Shown: one piece after another, positions 29,201-38,234 of the stretch
Position numbering within the stretch: position 1 is the stretch's first letter
How the letters are laid out: each line of letters starts with the position of its first letter
IMG/VR virus record: IMGVR_UViG_3300025141_000047
Location: 1 to 64,000 of that record
Reading direction: 5' to 3' (one strand)
DNA length: 64,000 nucleotides
From: a virus
Made by a program: the position numbers and the translations under genes
Notes under the pieces: generated by a model
Database searches by the model: none
Seen by the model: the letters and a program-made list of their open reading frames with translations, nothing else
Told to the model about the DNA's origin: nothing

Positions 29201-30864
29201 TGAACACGATCATGACCACTACGGACAAATATGCCGCCTGGAATATCCTCTTGTTTGGGCAATTGTATTTTCAAATTAGGCGGAACTGAGTCATTTGGCG
29301 CAGAAGGCCGAGTTATTGTTTCACCAGTGTTTGGATCCTCACGGCCAGTCAAAACTTCAAAATCCCTAATTACCGTTCCAAAAGGTGAACCGCCTTTGAG
29401 CATCAATTTATTCCCTAAATCATCAACAACGGATATATCATCAAAAACACGATGCTCATTGCTGATTTGAAATAATACACGTTCTGTGTTTGTTTCGGTT
29501 TTGGTTCTAAAGGTTCGAGCGTATGATTTTTGCGAACTATCATTTAATGTGTGTGCTGTTTGAACAGCCGCCGTATCAATATCGGTGAGATGGACTCCAT
29601 TTGCGCCCGTAGCGACATAGTGATTGCTTCGGGGGTTGGTGTTTGGAAAAATGGACCTTGAATTTTCAAACCTGACAGAAAAGTCTGGGGCTGCTACGTG
29701 ATTTGTTTTCAATTCCACCCCATAGTCTAACTTCTCAATTCTTAAACGGCCATGTGTGGTCAAATCACCCTCAGTATCGGGGTGCAAAGAAACAATTCCG
29801 TGATATGCGGGTGCTTTTTGCACCCTATCAGGCGGAGGGATTGACGGCATTTGACATGAATTAAGACCTTCAATTGAAAAGCGATTATAGCCATGATTTG
29901 ATGAATGTTGAGATGCAAGAATGCCGCTTCTTGAATCATAATTTAGTGCTGGTAAGCCCATGTTTCCGCCATCCATTGGTTTTGCGACCAATCGGTGAAC
30001 TCCAATACTCCCCATGCCTTGAATGAATGGACCGCCGTTTGCAGCACCCCAATACCCCCCATTTGTGCTTGGCGTATTCCGATCCCATGTGATTGCGAGA
30101 GTATGTTTTGGTGGCTCTCCAATGAGAGTAAAGACATTAGTTAATGTTGCACCTGCGGAGGGGGAACCTGTGAGAGTCATAATTGAAGGTATTGTTGCCT
30201 CAATTGTTGCGTATGATGAATGAACTGTGGCTGCCTTTTTGTATCGGAGAGTTGTATTTTCATAATCCCCATCAGCCATTCTTGGACTTCCTGTTGATGA
30301 AGCGACTCTCAATGAAAATTCATTTGTCAATTCACTTGGAAAACCATTTTTGTTAAGGGTTGCGATTTCTAAATCAACAACTGTTTTGCCCGAACCTTGC
30401 GATTGAAAAACCACCGAATCTATTGTGTATTTTTCAGGAAGAGATTGTCGAATATATCTCGCACGTAGGTATTTTGTTAAATCCCTCTCCCCTTTCATTT
30501 TGATTCTTCGAGAATTGATTTTGGCGGCAATAAAACGTGTTGCTTCTTCTGTTCCTAAATCATAGGTGTATAGAGCATTATTGTGATCGGCTTTTTGTTG
30601 TTTCAAATCAATTGCTATCACATTTTGTGCCTCAGCAATTGTGGCTGATGCCGCCGCCAAAGGAGTTCGGATTAGAAGCGTGACTCCCTGCCTCCAATCT
30701 GTTGAATTGACACCAGATTCCCAGTCTTCGATTGTATCTTCATAGGCGGTATCAGGGTATGTGAGGTGCATAGCGAAAATACCCGAAGGATATTCACCAG
30801 TTGATGTTCTGCCCCATGAACCCGTTTCAGCAGGGAATACATACCGAGAATATGATTCAGCCAT
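23287..30864 (-). CDS. giant tail-tip/central fiber protein with LamG-like domain and C-terminal hub-like domain
   Basis: ~2525 aa; PVLWLKADSL...AEVIQYDRKL LamG module; C-terminal GDVVAINLP...FVVFEAKH; position downstream of the TMP. Confidence 0.7.
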   Translation of the reverse strand: MAESYSRYVFPAETGSWGRTSTGEYPSGIFAMHLTYPDTAYEDTIEDWESGVNSTDWRQGVTLLIRTPLAAASATIAEAQNVIAIDLKQQKADHNNALYTYDLGTEEATRFIAAKINSRRIKMKGERDLTKYLRARYIRQSLPEKYTIDSVVFQSQGSGKTVVDLEIATLNKNGFPSELTNEFSLRVASSTGSPRMADGDYENTTLRYKKAATVHSSYATIEATIPSIMTLTGSPSAGATLTNVFTLIGEPPKHTLAITWDRNTPSTNGGYWGAANGGPFIQGMGSIGVHRLVAKPMDGGNMGLPALNYDSRSGILASQHSSNHGYNRFSIEGLNSCQMPSIPPPDRVQKAPAYHGIVSLHPDTEGDLTTHGRLRIEKLDYGVELKTNHVAAPDFSVRFENSRSIFPNTNPRSNHYVATGANGVHLTDIDTAAVQTAHTLNDSSQKSYARTFRTKTETNTERVLFQISNEHRVFDDISVVDDLGNKLMLKGGSPFGTVIRDFEVLTGREDPNTGETITRPSAPNDSVPPNLKIQLPKQEDIPGGIFVRSGHDRVQAWSNQTWGMGGLSAPNPRKAGDAELNSDECSQYDTHDRTLIFHCERILHSKIQDSFGLESSVAIGTIPSGTTRLFSSHRMADHTERGSLLTQTNNGVETGNPIAHHRVRFGRQGHSFIMPLCHRGTPTSMRRQLHRSHGSAYSLMFEAETEYKHFGFGNTNTTNSATTFELDTIDVKNGSAVYSTGSFVSDGLPLDELKGMRLYDADGAYTSATHRSIPDYLFAPGQKHTNVNGTPEKVSFANTEISGSISTGGATKLTLQGSSLTGRRFNTASEMMINGFFLNNYLAIGGRPEPIKRVAIDGLGNWFVRGFHEGVIRPRVATELATVPPLMAHDPELLNVAATPQPQHATVPATSYSTADESDWADFALTKSQNTANGGTPDAFLCTWLAEYSHPVFFGTMREHFMAFRYREAGMPRSLNYPATRGLLLRNFSPNGYHVGANAGSPQIASPFERIYVNQWMQNYAYNGLNAGGHGNVEGLRGVGAVLMGHTTRREAHGTIQLYNQNGTKRYSRGEGIGDALNPNSTLAVVKGIDLDSDNEDLNRQFFVLNPCVGIDMSRRLPVRAWGIRTASNGQNMLAGDPTETQNTYAMAESGRFDGGKHDSMEDLPGNGLTAKDDAFSFDTNFRLSYGLERTVPVGFVANDFTAEAHPFEKNLNATNQKIDNIGIGATLGITQNGMLSPDSMAAGAWDYELDDNRPTTLPISNPVLWLKADSLDLKDGASVSSWIDSSPNKWEFTQGTASAQPTFIKRNSSVNNMPVIDCDGNDFLSLPFQEKLNSIETTVFVVGFVDSDDGNVHGLVESRSGTPVARSGFNLYARMDSGNEYQLWGGANSGWIQAVTPNDTAVGGEAALLTGKIFGGDGGGSTATLELYQNGYMEPSAGTVTGGFYRATGGTYQVGSVPSSYHLNGKIAEVIQYDRKLTTAEQYEVEAYLARKYDIAINPISVSYLHTGHMRPTDTKPINKGSDPFMDLVQRSGSPTYPQQDSAGGILTTDATTRFGAPSNFYKLKGNALHTNFHAYHETDSKTSYPPNGFSHTQYSGGANIVETRPDVLNEISDTRQVQARTEPRLGLIMEVESERNKNEDVSYAVTGTRALSLHTDLMLGRQFPVLPSHTIKTFLANNGFSVDGTGSTSAAPDFRIKPTWSPDSNNAKGAISGLLSTDTVRTDYKTHALDSWTVRGVSGLPAWGGVYILRKTYLNRTEENDDSLSTELDSNSNYPTSSHPQRKYVDYIVRPVRPLKLFGFASDLLQDGWVLGPRCSISTSAFASMPFDRDKRYGMFEMNYARGENKVEPITSAGSAFSIEYPNANEYDITWHLIPTANMLQFSKSDAHRIVDGQILPSVEPRYSQSFSTGGNEPIYQSETKYDLVSGVMGDHARHTFTGKVSQSKEAMRYYPRITVKASKGGGVFLVDDASILPPTGKLFALSHTGSITYTSITKNDITTTGTIVDLGGLTISDFTGLELYYTDVSSSTGVIDDARSPLVVQAISPTFIDNAVVAMKIQSQAWYHFDNEKNEVVKTPLNYRGLIAYEPSDFIMASQQPFIISNGEKGAIKNKNGLQSVKVDGRSLSSTFSPPYVIDSHNMKWRVAEIITEEGETFMVFNDLSGKTLSDSGMVVGDVIAAQNGYIGIRTTDAALHLLNDAGGNQSGISVTPSNAFHQNSRDMEEYLGAHPMLKQINDHSLEYVSREVKGLNTMEVLRNISQIDGRQIINERNGALIYSKKVFNEKGIRIGVENGVEKVSVSKLFDSPNEIVIVGDVIAGNEIVFIRVRDSEKIREASAGSEEEVVKTLRQQIPGIKSVSAARKLAKTLLARAENGAPMITLYGLINATSISAGDVVAINLPTQGVIGKFVVFEAKHSFHSLKTDLTIAQYEKGIEGILTDLKTSTIDVSGLNFSSGDKNTKENITMSSSVNIISVHRVRVRNINETGFIIGAKHKNGLGKIGVRDDSKRGFPIGMSKSRNYVVK

Positions 30865-30869
30865 TGTAT

Positions 30870-33800
30870 TCACCACTTGATTCTTGACGCATACCATGAG
30901 GTCGCATCAGCATAACTCATGCCACGCTTCCATAAAGCAACATCGGATAGGAACCCCGCAAAATGGATAGGTCCAGCCGAGTTCTTGCCATCGCCAAAAG
31001 AACCGCCAGTTCCCGTCACGCCGTATGTCGCCGCACCTGTTTGAAGTGCGGTGAAGTAATCTTGATGCGGTGCAGTTATTGTCTGCCCCCCTTGTGTAGT
31101 CCAACCAGCAAGCAATTTCACGTATGGCGCACCAATCAAAGCACAACCAATTGTAGTCATGTCTTTATCCCGAATTGTTTGAAGTGCCGTTGGAACATCT
31201 GGGTGATCAGCATCGCCGCCCGAATATCCACTTGCTTGTGTTTCAAAGGTGTTTTTCTTGTTTGGGGAGACTCCCAATGTCCCGTAATTTTGGTCGGAAA
31301 CGCTCACAAGGTATGGCGAATAATCAAAAATACCTGCTTCAATCGCCCCTGTTAAGGGGTTGGTAATTCCAACAGTATTGCCCATGTAAAGAAAAGCGGG
31401 AGTTGCCCCACCAGGATCTCTCCCCGCCATAATGAAAGTATGGGCTGATGAAACAACTTCAACTGTTCCGCCAGATACAGTGCTTGGAACAAGAACTGAC
31501 GTTGCTAAAGGACTATTATTTGGATGCGGGTAAAGTTGTTCTGGGAATGAGATCGCAACTGAGATGGCGTTTTTAGTTGTCCCTCCGTGTGCGACAGACG
31601 GTGAACCTCCAATATGCAATCCGTAAGGTTTCCCATTAGGGGTTCCATCATCGTAAATTGAATGAAAAATAGGTCCTGTTGCGTAATCTGGATTTGAAGT
31701 GGGAGGTCTAAAAATGGCTGAAACAGCCCAACTCGCCCCCAATGGGTTAAAGTCTTTGATTTCACCATGCTCGGCTTCAATTGTTCCTGAATTGTTGTTA
31801 AACAATGCTACAACATCTCCGTGATGGAACAATTTTACTTGGGCATTGTTGGTAGGGTGTTGCATCACTTCATGAGGATGAGTTGGACCATCAATATAAG
31901 CCCCAAAGCCATTTGCCGATGTAATCCGCAACTTTCGATTATACAGGTCTTCTCTCCAAAGGGTATTGGCTTGAGTCAAAGCACCAGTTCCTACGTCTTC
32001 TGTTGAATCATACAGGCTATTTGTTAATCGTGCATAAAAAGCACATTTTCCTTCTGGCTCATTGTTTTGATTCAATACTGTTTGATGATGGAATCCTTTG
32101 AGAGTATCGTTGTTGATCGTGTCTTCATTTTTAACATCTGTAAAGTCTAAAATCGCCACAGGTGCGGTCATTTCTCCGATATTTTGAAAACCTGAAAAAC
32201 CAGTCGGACCTTTTGAAAGAGCGTGTTTGTAAAAATCGGAATAATCGTTATCTGTGCCGTCGCTTATATCAAAAGTCAATCCAGTGTGGCCTCCGCCAAA
32301 GAAAAGAATGCCTTCGGAATCCATCAATGGATAAAGGAACTCAATTTCTTGCCCTACTTCTTCATCAGCAGGGGTGTTAAAAGCCCCCTCATAGAAGAAT
32401 TTGACAAACTTATCTGGGTCTTCAAGAGGGGTGACATACTCCAAATAACATTCGCCCAAAGCACTTTCCGAACCTTGATTGATTGCGATATTTGAAAAAG
32501 TCGCCAATTTATTGTTGATACGAACCAGCCCTAACGCCGACCCTGTTCCAATTGTTTGTCTTGATTGTAAAGTTCGTAAAAAGTAATCCATGACCTTTCC
32601 CTCCACAGTCATGTAAATGAATCGTTTAGCCCCATTATCCCAATTATACGAACCATTACTTGAAGAAAGCCCCGTTGCTGTGGATTTGGTTTTTGCTTTG
32701 AAAATAGACCCAACTCCGTTGTATTCTCTCAAATTTGCATCGGAATCGTTGTAATGGCTAATTGCCCCATGAGGTGCGCCAGTAAAGGTTGTAATTGGGA
32801 CAAAGGCTTCTCCATCAGCACCAAGAGGCATTGGTGCGGGAAAAGAGTTCAATTGATACGATTTACTGTTTGTTGCCAACAGCCCTCCATGACCTATGGC
32901 TTGAATTGGTTGATAGGGATAAACCGATCTGTTTGAAATCCAAACCGCAAACTCTCGCCCTGTTGCACCTGGAACGGTGCTATGAATCACAATTGAGAGT
33001 CCTGATTCTCCGTTTCGAGATACCACTTCCGAACCAATGAAAGAACGGACATAACCCATGTGGCCTCCCGTATTCCTTGAGGAACCCTCCAAAGGAGTAT
33101 CATAAGCACTTGACCCTGAATCATTCTTTGCTTGGGGGTGGCCTCCCATGTTTATTTGCCGAATCAATTCATTAACACATTCGGAAAAACCGTTTGATTT
33201 CAAAGCAATGTTGCGTAGCGAATAGATGTTTGGAATGACGTATTTCAAATCATCTCCATCTGCGTTGATTCCTTTTAATCCTGTGAAATTTTGATGGCAA
33301 ATAACTGGTTCACGTAATTCTCGGTTATTATTTGAGCCATACTCATTGAAAATATCCCATTCCAGCCCTCCAAAACCAATATGATCGGGGATTATCAAAA
33401 AATCCTTTAAGCCACTTAAATTAAACGTGTGAGAACTATTAACTCCTAAAAGGGCATCAATTTGCGCCTTGAACAAATCAGCCATACCTGCCGAACTTGA
33501 TGAATAATCCAATTTTATTGATTGGGTATGACCTGTAATATCATTTACGATCACGCCACCCAAAGTCACGGTTGCCCCCAAAAAAACTTTACTTGTAGCC
33601 GTTGGTGCTACTGCTGTTAAATTAAGGGCTTCATCACGTTGAGGATAACGTAGGAATGATTCATCAACATAGATTCGATTTGTTGCGTTGTCTATTTTGT
33701 GAACCCTCATCATGTGATAAGTGCAATATCCGAGATCTTCTTTTCCAGTCGGCGCAACAAACCCCTCTCCAACAGTGATGTAAAATTTCTTCCCCAAAAC

Positions 33801-35867
33801 GCCAGTTGATGGGTTAATTTCTGGACCATTGCTGTTTTGAAGCGTGTCATTAAAAAATGGTTCTGTATCATCAACTTGAATGTAAGAATTAGCAGTTCCG
33901 AGAGTTAGGGCATGACCTGTAATCACCGCTTGTATTGAAGGCATTTGTGCTTTTAATCCAAAAGAAAGGTTGTTTGCGGTGGCTTCAAAAGCAATTGAGT
34001 TGTCAAATTCAATTGCCGCTTTGGAGTCTTGCATCCCCCAATCAATAGAATGTCTTGCTTCATAATCTCTCATTTGAACACGATTTTTAGCCGTCATTGT
34101 GCAATCAAGAGTAAGTAAAACCTCGTTCCCAATAGGGTGTATTGAATCGTCTATTCCGTTTGTTTCTTTATAGATGCCATCAACGTCATAGAACATTGAA
34201 GGGAATAAAGGCAATTCAACCAAAGCACGTGTTGAGGCGTAGTCTGTTGATGTTTGCCTATCATTTCTAACCGATACATTCCCTGAACTAACCAACCGAT
34301 CTTTCCATCCTTCTAAAAATCGGTGTTCAACCCATTCTGGTTTTTGATCAGCCCCCCCTTGACCAACGCCGCCTAAAGTCAAAGAAACAGTTGGTGTCCC
34401 AACATCGCCAATCTCCTTGATTGGAATGCTTTCACCAAGATTGAGGTTTCGAGATGTTTCTTTATCGGTTATATCCATCAATTTTGAACGGCCACGTATT
34501 TCAAGACTTGCATTGCCGTTTTTTATTGTCGTGTTGAACTCTTCGGCACGACCTCGAAGTAAAGCAATTTCAATTGAAACTAAAGACGGATTTCTTGATT
34601 CGCTTTCTGTCAAAAAATCATCAAAAACAGCATATCTGTTTTTATTTGCAGGTGAAACCAATAGCAAATGTTGATTTTGTTTCACCATGTTGTCAATAAC
34701 ATTGAAAACTTGAAGCGTGGATCGTGTCAATTGCGAAGGAGTATTTGTGACCCCATCATAACTTGATAAATCGCTTCCAACATTTGATTTGACGGTCATG
34801 ACATGGTGACTGGGGTTTGCTGTTTCATCGGGGGTGTTTGGGTTCAATACTGCTTTTGGATAGCCATACCCCAACAGACTATCCTTTCTTGTCAATAGGC
34901 AATCGGAGATGTCAATAAAAGGAGAGGGAAAAGAACCTCCAAAGCCGTGTGTTTTGAGAAGGTGGGATTTAATCGGTCTTTTGAACTCTTTTGAAGGCAA
35001 TGAAATAATGCCTCCTGGCGCAGTTATTGAAAGTTGAACATCGGAACTGGTTCCAGGTGGTGATGAATAAGGTTTGAGAAGAATGTCGGACAAACTACGA
35101 AAAACACCTGTTGATACTTCATATAGGGTCGTTGATGCGGGAATCATTTTTTCAACGATTAAATAGCCCTTATGCTCTCCTTCAACGTGATAAGGTCGTT
35201 GATTAACATTGACTTGAGTTGGTGTTAAAGAAACGCCAGCAACAACCTGCCCCGTTAAATCAATGGCGTTGTAATGAACCAAAATCCGACTTGGACCACC
35301 TGCACTTGTCAAAATTGAAGGAGATTCAATCGAAGCAATAAATGACTCTTTAGTGGGGGTCAAATGCTTGATATATCCATCATTTGTGGGCTTATCATCC
35401 ACCAAAACTGCCTCATGATCGGTGTCTAAACCTTTGATCATGAAGGGCTTTACATCATCAACCGCAATTGCTATGATTTCATCATACACTGATGAAGAAA
35501 GAGTTGCAGCAACATTTGAATTGTAAGAGCCAATCCCTGCTTGAATCACCATTCTATTGAATGGGTTTCCGCCTGAATCTGTTGAATACGATGTTTTGCT
35601 TTTGTTTGAAATTGATGTTGCTTCTCCCAAAAAGACCTTTTCAGTGATATTTACAGAATCGTTTTGCTTCAAAATGGATTGTAGCGACACTTGATCTGTT
35701 TTGTAAATAAACTCATCAACAACTCCTTGAATTGTTTGCTTTACAACTTGCTCATCTGGTGTCGGCATTTGATGTAGGAAAAACTCACCCTCCACTTTAT
35801 TGTAAGAAGTCATGCCTGACATTCCCGCCAAACCTTCATCGTTTGATTCGTTTAAATCAGCCATCAA
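30870..35867 (-). CDS. large tail protein with C-terminal LamG-like domain
   Basis: 1665 aa; FAGFLSDVALWKRGMS; LEIRGRSKL hub-like motif. Confidence 0.65.
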   Translation of the reverse strand: MMADLNESNDEGLAGMSGMTSYNKVEGEFFLHQMPTPDEQVVKQTIQGVVDEFIYKTDQVSLQSILKQNDSVNITEKVFLGEATSISNKSKTSYSTDSGGNPFNRMVIQAGIGSYNSNVAATLSSSVYDEIIAIAVDDVKPFMIKGLDTDHEAVLVDDKPTNDGYIKHLTPTKESFIASIESPSILTSAGGPSRILVHYNAIDLTGQVVAGVSLTPTQVNVNQRPYHVEGEHKGYLIVEKMIPASTTLYEVSTGVFRSLSDILLKPYSSPPGTSSDVQLSITAPGGIISLPSKEFKRPIKSHLLKTHGFGGSFPSPFIDISDCLLTRKDSLLGYGYPKAVLNPNTPDETANPSHHVMTVKSNVGSDLSSYDGVTNTPSQLTRSTLQVFNVIDNMVKQNQHLLLVSPANKNRYAVFDDFLTESESRNPSLVSIEIALLRGRAEEFNTTIKNGNASLEIRGRSKLMDITDKETSRNLNLGESIPIKEIGDVGTPTVSLTLGGVGQGGADQKPEWVEHRFLEGWKDRLVSSGNVSVRNDRQTSTDYASTRALVELPLFPSMFYDVDGIYKETNGIDDSIHPIGNEVLLTLDCTMTAKNRVQMRDYEARHSIDWGMQDSKAAIEFDNSIAFEATANNLSFGLKAQMPSIQAVITGHALTLGTANSYIQVDDTEPFFNDTLQNSNGPEINPSTGVLGKKFYITVGEGFVAPTGKEDLGYCTYHMMRVHKIDNATNRIYVDESFLRYPQRDEALNLTAVAPTATSKVFLGATVTLGGVIVNDITGHTQSIKLDYSSSSAGMADLFKAQIDALLGVNSSHTFNLSGLKDFLIIPDHIGFGGLEWDIFNEYGSNNNRELREPVICHQNFTGLKGINADGDDLKYVIPNIYSLRNIALKSNGFSECVNELIRQINMGGHPQAKNDSGSSAYDTPLEGSSRNTGGHMGYVRSFIGSEVVSRNGESGLSIVIHSTVPGATGREFAVWISNRSVYPYQPIQAIGHGGLLATNSKSYQLNSFPAPMPLGADGEAFVPITTFTGAPHGAISHYNDSDANLREYNGVGSIFKAKTKSTATGLSSSNGSYNWDNGAKRFIYMTVEGKVMDYFLRTLQSRQTIGTGSALGLVRINNKLATFSNIAINQGSESALGECYLEYVTPLEDPDKFVKFFYEGAFNTPADEEVGQEIEFLYPLMDSEGILFFGGGHTGLTFDISDGTDNDYSDFYKHALSKGPTGFSGFQNIGEMTAPVAILDFTDVKNEDTINNDTLKGFHHQTVLNQNNEPEGKCAFYARLTNSLYDSTEDVGTGALTQANTLWREDLYNRKLRITSANGFGAYIDGPTHPHEVMQHPTNNAQVKLFHHGDVVALFNNNSGTIEAEHGEIKDFNPLGASWAVSAIFRPPTSNPDYATGPIFHSIYDDGTPNGKPYGLHIGGSPSVAHGGTTKNAISVAISFPEQLYPHPNNSPLATSVLVPSTVSGGTVEVVSSAHTFIMAGRDPGGATPAFLYMGNTVGITNPLTGAIEAGIFDYSPYLVSVSDQNYGTLGVSPNKKNTFETQASGYSGGDADHPDVPTALQTIRDKDMTTIGCALIGAPYVKLLAGWTTQGGQTITAPHQDYFTALQTGAATYGVTGTGGSFGDGKNSAGPIHFAGFLSDVALWKRGMSYADATSWYASRIKW

Positions 35868-38233
35868 ATCACCGTATATTTGTCAATAAAATAACCTTGA
35901 ACTTGTTGTCTTTCAGCATCCGACAACGCCTTATCATACAGAATTATTTCTGCAAATTCGGTGTTTTGGGGTGCTTTATTGTTTGCCGTTCCTGTTTTAG
36001 CGGCAGGGTCGGTGGTTAAAGCCCTGCCGAATAGACCGAAAAGGCGGTCATCGAAACGGAATGGGGTCACTACTTTTCCTACAAAGGTTGATGCAGCAAA
36101 ACCATGTTCATGAATAATTGCATTTGTAGTTGCGTGATTGAAAGTTAAGGAGAACAAACCAGCAAGGAAAAAGCCATTTGAAGTTGCCCCACTTGGGGTC
36201 ACGGTTGTTTGATTTGTTGTTGCGCCGTTGTTTGTTAAATTGTAATTAGAAGCAGTTGTTCCTTGACCAAAGAATGTTTTTGACGTTGATGCGTTTTCCC
36301 CTATGAAATCATAGGCCGTAAGAGGGGAATATGTAGGCTGATAAGCCATGAAAAACACTGTAAATCCGCCAGTCCCTAAATTATGCGTTATCTCTTTCGA
36401 TTCCCCGTCATTTGTTCCAATGTTCACCAATGCGCCATCACTTGAAGTAATTTTCAAAGAAGGATAAGAATTGAAGTTGGGGCTTTGGGCTTGATATGCC
36501 CATGTTCCCACAGCATAAACGCCAAAGTCGTTGCCGCTTTTGTCTGGAAGGTGAGTCACGGTTGCGCCATCGGATAATCCCGTCAAACCATTGACTGGCA
36601 ACCAAAGAAGCATATTGCTCTTTAGAGGGGGGTCTGGCTCATCAACTTCGCTCGTTGATGGCGCAGTTCCAATTGTTGAAGGGATTCGGCTTTGTGTTGA
36701 AACAAAGTATGCGGTGTTGTTGTTTCCACTACGATCTGTAAATCGTTGCGATTGAGTAAAAGCCGCCCTTGTAAAAGCGTCTTTTTGGCGGGTCACTTGA
36801 TTCGCAACGGCAGCAGATGTATTTTTGTTCCCTCCATCCAAGACCAAATCTGCATTTCCTAAAACCAACCAAATTGGCGTTCCATCGGCATGATCAAACA
36901 AGAATCCTTGACCCTTTGGGTGATTCTCAATGGTTGCTGCGGTTGTTGCATCATTGGCGAGATGAACAGATTGACAAATGACTCTATTATTGGCGAAGTC
37001 AAGTGAAATAATACGGATTCTTTCTATTGGGTTGTTCATGGGGTCTAAATCATCGGTTGTTGAAAGGAATATATCTGTCCCACTTGTGATGTTTCGAGTT
37101 CGGCCACTTGCTGTTTTCGCCACACCTGTTATTGGGTGTGTTCCTGATTGATTGATAACAGCATTCAAAGAAGAATGCTTGATACGATCCGATTCGAGAT
37201 AATCCAAAGAACCTATATTTGTCCCATAAGTGTAAGCATTGAGATTCAATGTTGATGAAAACCACGTTTGAGAACTTATGTCCTTCAAAGGCAAACCAGT
37301 AGCCAACGATGCTAATTTTTCTAAAGCCGAATAGGTGTCATTGTTTCCGTCTTGCATATCATAAATACGAAAATACCCTAAGTCATTGATATTTTGAAAA
37401 TCATAGCCCAAGCACACCAAAGGCGTATCGAACACATTTGATTTTCTCAAAACACCATCTCGACCCTGCGTGGGAGATGATTCGTTTTTGTTGTTGAAAA
37501 AGTGAAGCGAAGGAAAATCTATTTCGTCTTCAAAGTCCCAAAGACCAATTGTTTGATCGTTCACTGTCAAAGGTTGCAGCAAAGGAGGGTTCATTCCTTT
37601 TTCAATACTGATACTTTCAATAATTCCCCTATATTCCCCCCCTCTCCCTCCAATGAAAAGGTCCGATGAAACATTGTCTAAAATCCGTTGTTCAATGAGA
37701 TTCAAGGAAGCAACCAAATTTGTGTTCACATAAAGGCGCAATTCATCACCTGTAAATTGAGCAGTAATGAGCATCAATGGTTGCGCCCCTTCGGATATGT
37801 CGTCTGGGAGGTGTTCTCCGCCCCCGTATGACCCAGAATGGGCTTCATTCAAGGTATTCACGTTAAAGGGGGAAGTGATCGTAAAAACACGGCCAATGCA
37901 ATGTATTGAGAATTGGATTGGTGCTGCTTTGAAAGGATGCCCTACTTTCAATTCAAAACAACCTGGTTTGATTACGACTGTTCCGCCATAATTTGGGACA
38001 ACATAGGCATTGATAGTGAATGCACTAAGGATTGAATTAAGTGGGTTTGATTCAATAGGCCGATGTATTCTCCCAATCTTTGTAGCATGGCTCTTTACGG
38101 TTGTAGCACTTCCAGAATATGTTGGGTGCAAGAGATTTAGTCCTGATTCCTTGAATTGACCCGTAGGAACCACTATTCCATCGGTAAAGCCATTGAAACG
38201 AATGGCGTTGCTTTTGATTCTGTGTAGCCCCAT
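35864..38233 (-). CDS. tail protein with two concanavalin/LamG-like domains
   Basis: AIRFNG...DLFIGG...YRGIIESI; LLWL...AEIILYDKALS. Confidence 0.7.
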   Translation of the reverse strand: MGLHRIKSNAIRFNGFTDGIVVPTGQFKESGLNLLHPTYSGSATTVKSHATKIGRIHRPIESNPLNSILSAFTINAYVVPNYGGTVVIKPGCFELKVGHPFKAAPIQFSIHCIGRVFTITSPFNVNTLNEAHSGSYGGGEHLPDDISEGAQPLMLITAQFTGDELRLYVNTNLVASLNLIEQRILDNVSSDLFIGGRGGEYRGIIESISIEKGMNPPLLQPLTVNDQTIGLWDFEDEIDFPSLHFFNNKNESSPTQGRDGVLRKSNVFDTPLVCLGYDFQNINDLGYFRIYDMQDGNNDTYSALEKLASLATGLPLKDISSQTWFSSTLNLNAYTYGTNIGSLDYLESDRIKHSSLNAVINQSGTHPITGVAKTASGRTRNITSGTDIFLSTTDDLDPMNNPIERIRIISLDFANNRVICQSVHLANDATTAATIENHPKGQGFLFDHADGTPIWLVLGNADLVLDGGNKNTSAAVANQVTRQKDAFTRAAFTQSQRFTDRSGNNNTAYFVSTQSRIPSTIGTAPSTSEVDEPDPPLKSNMLLWLPVNGLTGLSDGATVTHLPDKSGNDFGVYAVGTWAYQAQSPNFNSYPSLKITSSDGALVNIGTNDGESKEITHNLGTGGFTVFFMAYQPTYSPLTAYDFIGENASTSKTFFGQGTTASNYNLTNNGATTNQTTVTPSGATSNGFFLAGLFSLTFNHATTNAIIHEHGFAASTFVGKVVTPFRFDDRLFGLFGRALTTDPAAKTGTANNKAPQNTEFAEIILYDKALSDAERQQVQGYFIDKYTVI

Positions 38234-38234
38234 T